Shown one piece after another: positions 17,946 through 27,143 of a DNA stretch of 64,000 bases. Each line of letters opens with the position of its first letter. Within the stretch, counting starts at the first letter, position 1. The translations under genes were made by a program, and so were the position numbers. Under the pieces are notes generated by a model. That model saw only the letters and a list, made by a program, of their open reading frames with translations. It was not told the DNA's origin and ran no database searches. Location: positions 127,360 through 191,359 of IMG/VR virus record IMGVR_UViG_3300013288_000004. One strand, written 5' to 3'. The DNA comes from a virus. Its lineage: Duplodnaviria > Heunggongvirae > Uroviricota > Caudoviricetes.

Positions 17946-18204
17946 ATCCGTCCATACTCAATTCTTTTCCAAACTTTGAATTGCCAGTAAAAAATCCTAC
18001 ATACTCTCGTTGGAAATAAACCAAACTAAAATGAGTAATTGCGATAAACTTTTCCCCATCCTGACGTTCCCATACTGCAAGGCACACTGTACCATCTTTT
18101 GGAGCAGAATCAATCGGTTTCCAATCTGGCTTCATTTTTAAGGTCTCTTTCACAAGCTTCAAACGCAGTATCCAAGATTTTGTTGATCTTGTCAAGCTCT
18201 TCAA
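17884..18204 (-). CDS. DUF551-family phage protein
   Basis: 106 aa; WKPIDSAPKDGTVCLAVW motif. Confidence 0.5.
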   Translation of the reverse strand: MKSLTRSTKSWILRLKLVKETLKMKPDWKPIDSAPKDGTVCLAVWERQDGEKFIAITHFSLVYFQREYVGFFTGNSKFGKELSMDGFASPIKWDYLPDMETNANDL

Positions 18205-18337
18205 TGCACACGTTTGCTAAAAAGATAGCATCTTCTCTTGTCTCAATCTTAGGTGCAGCATCATAATACTCTCTGACATCTTTGACATCATATCTCTTAG
18301 ACATATCACGTATATTATTGCTCATCTGGAATCCCAT
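18110..18337 (-). CDS. hypothetical protein
   Basis: 75-aa ORF. Confidence 0.4.
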   Translation of the reverse strand: MGFQMSNNIRDMSKRYDVKDVREYYDAAPKIETREDAIFLANVCIEELDKINKILDTAFEACERDLKNEARLETD

Positions 18338-18602
18338 ACACAGAAATAAGATATCTCAACTGGTTGAGATCGCGGTTTTTATCTAATTCTTTACGACGTT
18401 CTTCCAAAAAAAGACGAGCTTCATATTCTTTATCGGTTTCTTCTCTTTCATACTTTAACCAAACGTATTCATCATCATGGTCATACTGCAACCGTATATC
18501 GTCATATGATATATGATTAGGTAGTCCATTTACTGTTTGTAAAATATCATTCAAACTCATACCATAATTTAAGTTGATGTATTTTTCTACGATCTTTTTC
18601 AT
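18315..18602 (-). CDS. hypothetical protein
   Basis: 95-aa ORF. Confidence 0.45.
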   Translation of the reverse strand: MKKIVEKYINLNYGMSLNDILQTVNGLPNHISYDDIRLQYDHDDEYVWLKYEREETDKEYEARLFLEERRKELDKNRDLNQLRYLISVYGIPDEQ

Positions 18603-18647
18603 TTATACTTTATCCCAGTGAAAACATTTTAAATTGTTTATCTACCT

Positions 18648-18833
18648 TTAACATTTCATTTCGTCAATATAGTCCATAACTTTGGCACGTTCAACTAACA
18701 TTTTATCTGCATAAGCATATGCTTGCGTTGCAACAAACTCTGGGTTATTCCACCCATATATTTTAATTTGTAATAATGTTTTCATAGCACATTTAGCGAA
18801 GTTATCTCTGAGTTTTTGTTCATATTTTGTCAT
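18648..18833 (-). CDS. hypothetical protein
   Basis: 61-aa ORF. Confidence 0.4.
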   Translation of the reverse strand: MTKYEQKLRDNFAKCAMKTLLQIKIYGWNNPEFVATQAYAYADKMLVERAKVMDYIDEMKC

Positions 18834-18834
18834 A

Positions 18835-19020
18835 TTATTCGTGATCCTTGGGTTGTAAACTCATGATAGTTTGGCGTTTTTCTTCTACGTCTTCTAACAA
18901 TTGACGTATGGCGGCATGAACATGACCGCCGAAATAATAATCTTCGACGATTGCGACCACTTTACCTTTCAGGTATATTCTAATACAACTACCATCATCC
19001 TGTATATCATAGATATTCAT
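18835..19020 (-). CDS. hypothetical protein
   Basis: 61-aa ORF. Confidence 0.4.
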   Translation of the reverse strand: MNIYDIQDDGSCIRIYLKGKVVAIVEDYYFGGHVHAAIRQLLEDVEEKRQTIMSLQPKDHE

Positions 19021-19283
19021 TCTACAAAACCCGCAGCTTTAATTAGACGAGTAGCAATTTCTCTACCGTATTGCTCGGCTTTAGCTTCATATTCGACTTC
19101 ATCTTTTTTTGCATGCGGAACATTTAAGGCAACCTGAAGAGCACAATGGCGCGCCATCATATCTGGAAACTTATCCCAAGTAAATTTGTCGCCTCTCATT
19201 TTATCATTCAAAAAGGTAGCAAACATGCCAGAGACTGTCGCATAGCACTGATTTGCAATTCGTATTTGATGAAGTTCTTTCAT
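19017..19283 (-). CDS. hypothetical protein
   Basis: 88-aa ORF. Confidence 0.45.
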   Translation of the reverse strand: MKELHQIRIANQCYATVSGMFATFLNDKMRGDKFTWDKFPDMMARHCALQVALNVPHAKKDEVEYEAKAEQYGREIATRLIKAAGFVE

Positions 19284-19558
19284 AATCTTTCAACTTCACA
19301 AGTTTTTGGTTGTTTTGTTTCTGGATCAATGACTGGAGTTGTTGGACGAAGATATTCACCTAAGAAATAAACAACGCCATTAATACACCCTATCTTCAGT
19401 CCATTAGATGTTGTTATAACATTTGATCGACAATACTTGTCGTTACTATCTTTACATGATTGCTTTTCCTTAACAATGGGAATGATAATTGCGGCAATTA
19501 TAGCCATAATCACAATAACAATCATCAATTCAATTATTGTAAAACCTTTAGTTTTCAT
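19280..19558 (-). CDS. prepilin-type N-terminal cleavage/methylation domain protein (type IV pilin/pseudopilin-like)
   Basis: 92 aa; MKTKGFTIIELMIVIVIMAIIAAIIIP is the class III signal (G-F-T-x-x-E + hydrophobic helix) of type IV pilins. Confidence 0.55.
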   Translation of the reverse strand: MKTKGFTIIELMIVIVIMAIIAAIIIPIVKEKQSCKDSNDKYCRSNVITTSNGLKIGCINGVVYFLGEYLRPTTPVIDPETKQPKTCEVERL

Positions 19559-19618
19559 TTTCTTTCCTCTACTTTATATTCACATGTAATTGGAGTACCA
19601 TCATTATAGTTCCATAAA

Positions 19619-20848
19619 TCAATGCCAATAATGACATAACTTAGGTTTTGTGTCAAGTGAAATTTTCACTGACAAGGGCCAACTACATGCCTCTATCGGA
19701 TCAATTTTTACATCTCCGACTGCTTTTCTCATAATATTATATGCGCCATTGACATCTGCATTTATTTCTAAATCAAGACATTTGTCTTTATAAATTCCTC
19801 TGGTTTTTCTATATCCAGAAAATTTCATGTCATCCGTCTTCTCTCCATATGTCGGAATCATATCATTACTCAAACATGATGCCTTTGATGTATAGCTCTC
19901 TTCCTGACAAATGACATTAATTCCTCTTGATTCGGCTTTATATGTCAACATTTGTTTCAATTTATTGAATGGCACTGACACAAAATTTTGATTATTTTTC
20001 TTTCCGATGTTTATCTCTTGTTTCCAACCTTTATTTTCACCGATTATTAAGGTGTTTATTTGGTTGAAATCTAATTGATTAATAAGCCACGTACTTGCTT
20101 TATGTAAATAATCACGAATTTTGTCATTTCTTTTTCTAGAAATGGCGTTGATTCTATTACTTGTCTTTCTTTTGTCTCCTAATTTTGATTGTAGTTCTGC
20201 TTTTCTTTTATTATAATATTGGTTTATAGCTTTCAATGGTTTTCCATTTATTAAAAATGGTTTCATGACATTTGACGCTGTTGCTACTAAATTACTTAAA
20301 CCGATATCAACGGACAAATAACGACTATTGTCACTTCTTTTGTCTTCTATATCTGTCAAATATATCACTTCTATATCAAAATGATTGCTTCTCGGAACAA
20401 CTCTAACCTGTTGTATATCTGTTTTTTCTGTCTTTATAAAGATGTCATAACCAGATAATTTTACATATCCAGGTTTAACGAAAGATAATGCCTGATTAGT
20501 GAAAATTGTCACATATTTACCTGATTTGTCTAGGTAATTTGGTATACGTACCTTGTCATTTTTCTTTGCTTTCAACAAAGCAAAGAATGATCTAAAATTT
20601 TGATCAACCAATTTTAAGGTCTGTTGTGACACTTTTCTAGGTAATTGCTGGTAATCTATATTAGTTTTTGCGAAATCACCAGCTAATTTTGAATAGCCGA
20701 TGTATGTTTTTGTGGAGAAAAAATGCTGACGAATGGCATACAAAGATGCATTATACAAGTTTTTGGACTTGTGAGTCAGATCACACAAGTCACTAAAATA
20801 ATGACTTGTGCGACATATGGCATGCTTTTCTACACGTCTAGCTTTCAT
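19619..20848 (-). CDS. tnpB: IS607-family TnpB (OrfB) RNA-guided endonuclease
   Basis: 409 aa; RuvC-I LSVDIGLSNL, RuvC-II LIIGENKGW, RuvC-III INADVNGAYNI; zinc-finger cysteines reduced (only 2 Cys); 4-nt overlap with tnpA. Confidence 0.85.
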   Translation of the reverse strand: MKARRVEKHAICRTSHYFSDLCDLTHKSKNLYNASLYAIRQHFFSTKTYIGYSKLAGDFAKTNIDYQQLPRKVSQQTLKLVDQNFRSFFALLKAKKNDKVRIPNYLDKSGKYVTIFTNQALSFVKPGYVKLSGYDIFIKTEKTDIQQVRVVPRSNHFDIEVIYLTDIEDKRSDNSRYLSVDIGLSNLVATASNVMKPFLINGKPLKAINQYYNKRKAELQSKLGDKRKTSNRINAISRKRNDKIRDYLHKASTWLINQLDFNQINTLIIGENKGWKQEINIGKKNNQNFVSVPFNKLKQMLTYKAESRGINVICQEESYTSKASCLSNDMIPTYGEKTDDMKFSGYRKTRGIYKDKCLDLEINADVNGAYNIMRKAVGDVKIDPIEACSWPLSVKISLDTKPKLCHYWH

Positions 20849-21411
20849 GCAGCTTCCAAGGATTGGATCAGCTTTTCGGTCTGTCGCTTGGACCTACGCA
20901 ATCCATACAACCGGGCTGTAAAAGATGTGACAAGTGACACGAAATCTTGCATTAAATCTTCTTTTTCGTCCTGAACCGGATTGATGACCTCAATCTTTCT
21001 GTCAGAAACAGCCAGCAATTTCTCGATGTAATTGGTGCCGAAACGGGCTAATCGATCTTTGTGTTCCACAACAATCAAGTCAATGTCTTTATCTATTAAA
21101 AGCGACTCAAGTTTTGGTCTGTTGTCATTTAAACCAGAACCAATTTCTGTGACAATCTTCTCTATTTTGTATCCTTTGGCATTGCAATAAGACACAACTC
21201 GATCTTTTTGTCTATCAAGATTATCTTTGTTTTCTGTACTCGAAACTCGGGCATAAACAGCGACTTTTGTCTCTTTATTGACATCAAGTAAGATGCGAAC
21301 CCTGCCAGTTTGTGTATGTTCTATTTGTAGTTCGTTATTTTTGATCCAGCGCCATACTGTGCGCTGGCTCACACCTTTCATTTTTGCATATTCAGATATT
21401 TTTATTCTCAT
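20845..21411 (-). CDS. tnpA: IS607-family TnpA serine recombinase (MerR-like HTH + resolvase catalytic domain)
   Basis: 188 aa; N-terminal IKISEYAKMKGVSQRTVWRWIKNN HTH; catalytic YARVSS...DRQ...VVEHKDRLAR serine recombinase blocks. Confidence 0.85.
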   Translation of the reverse strand: MRIKISEYAKMKGVSQRTVWRWIKNNELQIEHTQTGRVRILLDVNKETKVAVYARVSSTENKDNLDRQKDRVVSYCNAKGYKIEKIVTEIGSGLNDNRPKLESLLIDKDIDLIVVEHKDRLARFGTNYIEKLLAVSDRKIEVINPVQDEKEDLMQDFVSLVTSFTARLYGLRRSKRQTEKLIQSLEAA

Positions 21412-21488
21412 TTGTTTTTCTCTTCTACAAATCTATTTATAGTAAACGCAGACAAGTGTACCAAAAATATCCTGTTATGTCTTCTAAT

Positions 21489-21794
21489 TCAATAAAGATT
21501 CATAATACCAGCAGATTTCAGCAAGTCAACGCCTTCTTTTTCTGATAGTGGCGGCAACCCACCAATAGACTCAAATTCGGAATTATCATTTTTAATCGCT
21601 TGAATTTGTTTACGAATATATCTCATAAACAATATAGCTTTATCTTCATCCAAGAAAGTCCCGTCACCAGTATCACTAATAGGCACTGGAAACATGAAGC
21701 CACATTCAGTTTTATAAAACAATTCACCATGCTTATAGTAACAAAACTTCACTCTCTTATTATCTTTAACTATGTCTTTAATATTGTAATTCAT
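21489..21794 (-). CDS. hypothetical protein
   Basis: 101-aa ORF. Confidence 0.45.
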   Translation of the reverse strand: MNYNIKDIVKDNKRVKFCYYKHGELFYKTECGFMFPVPISDTGDGTFLDEDKAILFMRYIRKQIQAIKNDNSEFESIGGLPPLSEKEGVDLLKSAGIMNLY

Positions 21795-22423
21795 GAATCT
21801 ATCCCTCTGGTTATTTCTAATCCACTATTTTCTAGTAGTCTTTTTGCTCTACCATAATTGTCACCCTTTGGTGACATGTTTAAATTTAACAAACCATGGC
21901 GTATACTGCCAGCGTTTACTATGCTATTAATAAGTTCGTTATCACTTATTTTCGCCTTTCTTGTGTTTCTTCCTCGCCATGTCGGAGTTAATGAATGACA
22001 ATTAGGACATAATCCCTCTAGATTATCTCTAGAATTATTCTTATTATTTCCGTCAATATGGTCAATCTCTAATGAGATTGGAGATCCCATCCACTCAAAA
22101 ATACCACAAGAATTACATTTATTTTCTTGTTCTTTTATGACCCTAACCCGCTTTACATCAAAACATACAGAGTCAAATGGTTTTTCATTAATTTTCTTTT
22201 CGAGAGTTTCTTTTATTTTCTTAATTCTAGTTGGTGTATGTATTTTTGATATTCTCTCTACCCTTTCCAAATCTGATAAATTTCTCCAAAATATCTTGTT
22301 CTGGTCTGCTTTTTTAATTTTGGCTTCATCAGTAAAGACCCTAGTATTTCTACATGCTAGAGAACAATAATTTATTAACCCCTTGGATGGTATAAAATCT
22401 ACTTCACATTTTTTACATTTCAT
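21791..22423 (-). CDS. HNH homing endonuclease
   Basis: 210 aa; N-terminal CKKCEVDF...CSLACRN zinc ribbon; HNH core LEIDHIDGNNKNNSRDNLEGLCPNCHSLT. Confidence 0.8.
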   Translation of the reverse strand: MKCKKCEVDFIPSKGLINYCSLACRNTRVFTDEAKIKKADQNKIFWRNLSDLERVERISKIHTPTRIKKIKETLEKKINEKPFDSVCFDVKRVRVIKEQENKCNSCGIFEWMGSPISLEIDHIDGNNKNNSRDNLEGLCPNCHSLTPTWRGRNTRKAKISDNELINSIVNAGSIRHGLLNLNMSPKGDNYGRAKRLLENSGLEITRGIDS

Positions 22424-22484
22424 GTTATGGAACCTTATGGTTATATTCTTATTTATACATAAGGTTCGATATTGCCTAATTAAA

Positions 22485-22560
22485 TGGTGGGACGACCGGG
22501 CAACGATCCCGGAACCTGTCGGTTAAAAGCCGAATGCTCTGCCAATTGAGCTACCGTCCC
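22485..22560 (-). tRNA. tRNA-Lys(TTT)
   Basis: GGGACGG-TA-GCTC-AATTGGCA-GAGC-A-TTCGG-CTTTTAA-CCGAC-...-TCGTCCC-A-CCA; anticodon TTT; T-loop ATCGTTG is atypical. Confidence 0.7.
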
Positions 22561-22566
22561 ATAAAC

Positions 22567-22845
22567 TTACTCTTCGAATTCTCTGTAATTCTTTGCAGGA
22601 ATCCATTTATCATCGATCTTGATCATACAACCAGTCATCATTGTATAATGTGATGGTGTATTAGACATGTTCCATGTTTTAGTACATGAATATTCATTCA
22701 ACGCTGCTTCAAGTGTAAATAATGAAGCGAACCCAAATAAACATGCTATTATCATATATATCTCTCCATGCTTATAAGAATTCAAGCCTGCAATTCCAAC
22801 CACGATGGCTAACATAAGAAGTATTACGAATACAAAGAAGAACAT
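22567..22845 (-). CDS. hypothetical membrane protein
   Basis: 92 aa; N-terminal hydrophobic helix FFFVFVILLMLAIVVGIAG. Confidence 0.4.
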   Translation of the reverse strand: MFFFVFVILLMLAIVVGIAGLNSYKHGEIYMIIACLFGFASLFTLEAALNEYSCTKTWNMSNTPSHYTMMTGCMIKIDDKWIPAKNYREFEE

Positions 22846-22862
22846 TTATATCTCCGATCTGC

Positions 22863-23243
22863 TTATTGTGAAGCTATCTTACTGGAATCTTCGGTCAATG
22901 TCAACTCATATTCACGCTTGATCACTTCTCTAATCATTAAACTAAGTGCAAGACAAAGGATGAATACGATTGGTAGGAAAATATACCCATGATAAACTAA
23001 TGCTATAATCGCAATGATATTTAATGTCCTGTGTACGACAGTAATTGATGACTCTGGTTTATATACCTTTGCACTATTCTGCAAAATAGCGTCATTTGTT
23101 AATGCTAGAAATAATAGAAAAGAAATAGTAAAAGAGAGGTACACAAAGAATGACAGCAAATTCATAATATTTTCATATTGAAGAATAGCGCCAAAGAATG
23201 TCATTACAGATACTAGCACTAACATAAAAATTTTAGTTAACAT
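22863..23243 (-). CDS. hypothetical multi-pass membrane protein
   Basis: 126 aa; four hydrophobic segments. Confidence 0.45.
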   Translation of the reverse strand: MLTKIFMLVLVSVMTFFGAILQYENIMNLLSFFVYLSFTISFLLFLALTNDAILQNSAKVYKPESSITVVHRTLNIIAIIALVYHGYIFLPIVFILCLALSLMIREVIKREYELTLTEDSSKIASQ

Positions 23244-23680
23244 TTTGGATTTCCCATATATGTTTTAAGTAGTTTAAGAGTTCTTGTGACAAAGTTCATC
23301 GACTTAGGGCAACCATCATACCAATCCTTAACCACATCTGTCAAACCATCAATTAGAATTTTTTCTTTTGAAACGCCAGATTCTGACTCTATCTTCATAT
23401 TTTGTTGTAAAAGTTTTAGCAATGCTATGTCAGCCTCGTATGTTTCTTTAAGAGCCTGCTTCAATTCTTCGCCAATATCTTTGGCTATGATCAAATCCAT
23501 CTTCATCTCAAGCTTGCGTAAAATTGAATCACTTATTATCAAATCATGTAAATTATCCTCGGCATAACCAGAAGGATAAAGATCAGAACGATATGATGGG
23601 GGGACTTGATCGTCAGGGATTTCTATAATTATGCGCATGGTGGGTTTTTGGTTATGGAGGTTGTAAAGGCATGTTCGCAC
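23237..23680 (-). CDS. hypothetical protein
   Basis: 147-aa ORF. Confidence 0.45.
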   Translation of the reverse strand: MRTCLYNLHNQKPTMRIIIEIPDDQVPPSYRSDLYPSGYAEDNLHDLIISDSILRKLEMKMDLIIAKDIGEELKQALKETYEADIALLKLLQQNMKIESESGVSKEKILIDGLTDVVKDWYDGCPKSMNFVTRTLKLLKTYMGNPKC

Positions 23681-24469
23681 AAAAAAGGAATAATGTCAAC
23701 GAACTCGTATAAATACTTAAAAAGGAGAGTTCGAATGCCAAAACCAAGAACGTCAGTAATATGGTTAATACCTAGAGAAGATTTACAAAACATGATAGAC
23801 ACAAGTAGTTCTATCGTAGAAGTTTTAGAGAAGTTAGGATTTAATGGTTACAACGGGAACCATAGGACACTGACACGGAGGATCAGTGTGGAGTCAATTA
23901 ATACCGAACAAATGAAATTAAACTATAAAGAATATAGAAAAGCACGCATAGATTGTACTCATAATATACACAATGTTTTTGTTACTGGTTCTAAGACGAG
24001 TAGAAAAACAATTAAAAAGATACTAACAGAAAATAATCTATTAGCTTACAAATGTTCTGAATGTGATAATAATGGAAGTCATAATGGCAAACCATTAATC
24101 TTGCAATTAGAGCACATTAATGGGATTAATGATGACAATAGATTAGAAAATTTATGTTTTCTTTGTCCTAACTGTCACAGCCAAACTACTACATTTTCTG
24201 GTCGAAATTCCAAACGTCCGAAGAATGACAAGCGGAAGAGCTATGAATCAGCAGAGAAAAAGGCCATCAGGACTCAAAATATGAGAAAGTTTAACGTCAC
24301 TAAAGAGGAATTGACAGAATTGATCATAAACCATTCAATGGTGTCTTTGGGTGAGAAGTTTGGTGTCAGTGACACGGCAATTAAGAAAAGATGTAAGCGG
24401 TTGGGGATAGATTTAGATTTGAGAAAATATAAAAAATTGGAGCGGGCGATGGGAATCGAACCCACCTAA
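23606..24469 (+). CDS. HNH homing endonuclease (3' end of ORF runs into tRNA-Gly; true stop may be earlier by frameshift or read-through)
   Basis: 287 aa; LEHINGINDDNRLENLCFLCPNCHSQT HNH core; C-terminal region with HTH-like VSLGEKFGVSDTAIKKRCKRLG. Confidence 0.7.
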   Translation: MIVRDFYNYAHGGFLVMEVVKACSHKKGIMSTNSYKYLKRRVRMPKPRTSVIWLIPREDLQNMIDTSSSIVEVLEKLGFNGYNGNHRTLTRRISVESINTEQMKLNYKEYRKARIDCTHNIHNVFVTGSKTSRKTIKKILTENNLLAYKCSECDNNGSHNGKPLILQLEHINGINDDNRLENLCFLCPNCHSQTTTFSGRNSKRPKNDKRKSYESAEKKAIRTQNMRKFNVTKEELTELIINHSMVSLGEKFGVSDTAIKKRCKRLGIDLDLRKYKKLERAMGIEPT

Positions 24470-24514
24470 ACTCTGCGTTGGAAGCGCAGGGCACAGCCAC
24501 TATACCACACCCGC
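24438..24514 (-). tRNA. tRNA-Gly(TCC)
   Basis: Acceptor GCGGGTG/CGCCCGC, anticodon arm CTGCG-CTTCCAA-CGCAG, T-arm GTGGG-TTCGATT-CCCAT, encoded T-CCA; D-stem uses GU pairs. Confidence 0.7.
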
Positions 24515-24529
24515 CTAATTCTTTAATTT

Positions 24530-24605
24530 TGGTGCAACCGAGAGGCTTCGAACCTCCAACACCTGACATTTCACGCCAGTGCTCTACCAGTTGAGCTACA
24601 GTTGC
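24530..24605 (-). tRNA. tRNA-Phe(GAA)
   Basis: GCAACTG-TA-GCTC-AACTGGTA-GAGC-A-CTGGC-GTGAAAT-GTCAG-GTGTT-GGAGG-TTCGAAG-CCTCT-CGGTTGC-A-CCA; canonical. Confidence 0.85.
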
Positions 24606-24720
24606 ATTGTTCATACATACTACACCTATTTAGTATGTTTGTCAACTGTTGTTTTTGCCTAGAAAATAACAAATTCGAACCATCTGTATAAATACAATTA
24701 ACAACATAAGAAGGTTCAAA

Positions 24721-25470
24721 ATGAATTATATATCAAAAGAAGATTTACAAGAGGCGATCAATGCCAGTACATCAAAAGCCGAGTGTTTTAATTTTCTAGG
24801 TTTACACACTACTAGCAATTACTCTTATAAGTCATTAAATTATTATATAAAGTTATATGATTTAAATATAGATAAGTTTACAAATAATAAAATAGGGAAA
24901 AATAACATTAAAATAAATCTAAAAGATATATTGGATGGGAAATATCCATCATACACAACATCTAAACTAAGAGTGCGATTAATTAAAGAGAATATATTCT
25001 CTCATCAATGCTCTATATGTTCATTAACTGAATGGAACGATAAACCAATACCATTGGATTTAGATCATATAAATGGAGATCCAACAGACCATCGACTAGA
25101 AAATATAAGATTATTATGTAGGAATTGTCACGCACAGACTAGTAACTTCTGCGGAGCAAATGTCAAAAAGAGATCAGTTAAGATAAAACCAGAAAGACCT
25201 AAAAAGATAAAACCCGAAATAATCCGAAAAGAAATATACAATTATAGGACGGGAGAACTAACAACAAAAATAAAAGATGATATGGAAATAATTAAAAACT
25301 GTGATATTGATTTTACAAAATATGGATGGGTGACAAAATTAGCCACATTACTTGGTAAGAAACCTCAGAAAATCAATAGATGGATGAAGAAATATATGCC
25401 AGAAATTTTAGAAAAATCATTTCAAAAATCTAATAATTTGGCAGCGGTAGATGGAATCGGACCACCATAG
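24721..25470 (+). CDS. HNH homing endonuclease (3' end overlaps tRNA-Gln)
   Basis: 249 aa; LDLDHINGDPTDHRLENIRLLCRNCHAQT HNH core. Confidence 0.7.
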   Translation: MNYISKEDLQEAINASTSKAECFNFLGLHTTSNYSYKSLNYYIKLYDLNIDKFTNNKIGKNNIKINLKDILDGKYPSYTTSKLRVRLIKENIFSHQCSICSLTEWNDKPIPLDLDHINGDPTDHRLENIRLLCRNCHAQTSNFCGANVKKRSVKIKPERPKKIKPEIIRKEIYNYRTGELTTKIKDDMEIIKNCDIDFTKYGWVTKLATLLGKKPQKINRWMKKYMPEILEKSFQKSNNLAAVDGIGPP

Positions 25471-25512
25471 TCTGAGTCAAAGTCAGATGCATTACCATTA
25501 TGCTATACCGCT
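25439..25512 (-). tRNA. tRNA-Gln(TTG)
   Basis: AGCGGTA-TA-GCAT-AATGGTA-ATGC-A-TCTGA-CTTTGAC-TCAGA-CTAT-GGTGG-TCCGATT-CCATC-TACCGCT-G-CCA. Confidence 0.75.
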
Positions 25513-25664
25513 ACATATTTTGTTAATGGACAGTAAATAATCGTGTACTTAAATCATTTACTGCCCTAGATTTAACATGAGTGTTCGATAGATCATCCAA
25601 CCGGGAATTCCACCGTAGGTCACATACGATCTGAGTCATCTTAAATCTATTTCTTAATTTTTTG

Positions 25665-25737
25665 CGGGCATGATAGGAGTCGAACCCACAGCCGAATGAT
25701 TCGTATTCATTCCATCGTCCATCGAAAGTGCATACCC
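25665..25737 (-). tRNA. tRNA-Arg(ACG), 5' region atypical
   Basis: Acceptor GGGTATG/CATGCCC, anticodon arm AATGA-ATACGAA-TCATT, T-arm GTGGG-TTCGACT-CCTAT; D-arm spacing irregular. Confidence 0.5.
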
Positions 25738-26084
25738 GTGATTTGTGTATCTTACATCTATTTAGTGTTGCTGTCAACTACTGGTTTCACCATAAACAAT
25801 AAAACCTAATTGTTGTCACATCTTTTGATACATGTTTTAAATCTACTTCTAATCCCTCACACACATCGGCATTATATTTTCTAACATAATTTAATGATGT
25901 GGCAATACACTCTTCTTCTTCTTCGGGATATTCCCCATCAAAAAAAATTAACAACCTCAATTGGTGGTTTGATGTTTAATTTCTTACAAGAGTCCCAAAC
26001 AGCCTTCATCACTCGCCATTTATCATCTACTGGCACTAATCCTACAACATGCATTGACATACTCATAAACTTATTATCCTTTTA

Positions 26085-26396
26085 TTAAAAGAAACTTTTT
26101 CCAGTACTTTCTATCTGATAGATGCCCATTTTTAGCTTTTCACCAGCATCGTTTGTGTCAGGAGTGCTTCGTGTATGTTCTTCCTGCAAATCCCACTTAC
26201 CTCTCAACCGATATTTTTTTAAATCTTTATCTTTTAGTTGTTCAGCTTCAACGTCCAAATGTTTATTTGGTAATACGTCAATATTGAATTTTTCCTTCAA
26301 CATTTTTCGAATCTCTGACAGGACTATAGATTTACCAGTGCCTGCTGGACCAGATACAGTAATTGTTGTAATATTTTTTCTGCGCCCACGATTCAT
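26085..26396 (-). CDS. small P-loop NTPase
   Basis: 103 aa; Walker A VSGPAGTGKS. Confidence 0.5.
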   Translation of the reverse strand: MNRGRRKNITTITVSGPAGTGKSIVLSEIRKMLKEKFNIDVLPNKHLDVEAEQLKDKDLKKYRLRGKWDLQEEHTRSTPDTNDAGEKLKMGIYQIESTGKSFF

Positions 26397-26399
26397 TAT

Positions 26400-26690
26400 T
26401 TAACCCTTATCAGTTTCTTGTAATTCTTCTTCATCTTTATTGACAACACCATAACAATACCAGAAATCATCTGATTCATTTATTAATAACCAAATTGCCA
26501 TATCAATATTAGCACTATCAGTAACATCTGTCTGCCGGAACGCTTTATGAAAGTAACCGTCAATATCTGGTAAATCTGATTCGTATTCTTTAAGCAATTT
26601 ATACAAAGCTCTAGAAGCATAGCTATCTGAAGTTTTGGTTCGTTTTTCAAACAACTCAAGAAATTGTTTGATTTTTACTTGGTCATTCAT
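26400..26690 (-). CDS. hypothetical protein
   Basis: 96-aa ORF. Confidence 0.45.
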   Translation of the reverse strand: MNDQVKIKQFLELFEKRTKTSDSYASRALYKLLKEYESDLPDIDGYFHKAFRQTDVTDSANIDMAIWLLINESDDFWYCYGVVNKDEEELQETDKG

Positions 26691-26699
26691 AATATTCTC

Positions 26700-27023
26700 T
26701 CAAATAGATCCATAATCAAATAATGACAATCGTTCTTGTTTAATCACTAGAATATTCTTCCTGTACGGGATACCAAAATCTTCCAGCAATTCTTCAGAAG
26801 ATACCGAAAAATCTTCACCACAACAATCACAAGTAATATTGTGTGGATATCTTTCAAACTTTTCTATGAAATATTCGACAGCCTCATCATATGGCAGTTC
26901 AATGTATATGACACCATAATCTTTAATCTTTCTTGAGCCGCCACTACACATATCATAAAATTCGGTCCACATATTAGTCTTCTTCTGTTGGTGCACTATA
27001 CAGTAACGGATTGAACCATTCAA
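26700..27023 (-). CDS. hypothetical protein
   Basis: 107-aa ORF. Confidence 0.45.
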   Translation of the reverse strand: MNGSIRYCIVHQQKKTNMWTEFYDMCSGGSRKIKDYGVIYIELPYDEAVEYFIEKFERYPHNITCDCCGEDFSVSSEELLEDFGIPYRKNILVIKQERLSLFDYGSI

Positions 27024-27143
27024 GCTCTTTTGGAGAAATTTTCATCTCATCCATGGTAGCAACCATAGCTTGGGCTAGCTCTTCAATCCACGCATTTTTT
27101 ACTTTTTGAAATTCATCGATATTCATTTTAATACTCCAATGAC

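Larger units (their letters stand above)
19560..21440 (-). mobile_element. IS607-like insertion sequence (tnpA-tnpB)
   Basis: Complete tnpA/tnpB pair with overlapping stop/start; imperfect 10-bp hairpin GTCAAGTGAAA/TTTCACTGAC at the tnpB 3' end (omegaRNA-like); ends approximate. Confidence 0.6.

Noticed and set aside
25542-25573. 8-bp-stem hairpin CAGTAAAT...ATTTACTG between tRNA-Gln and tRNA-Arg as a terminator
   Set aside because: No downstream U-run; more likely a processing or structural element or chance palindrome in AT-rich DNA.
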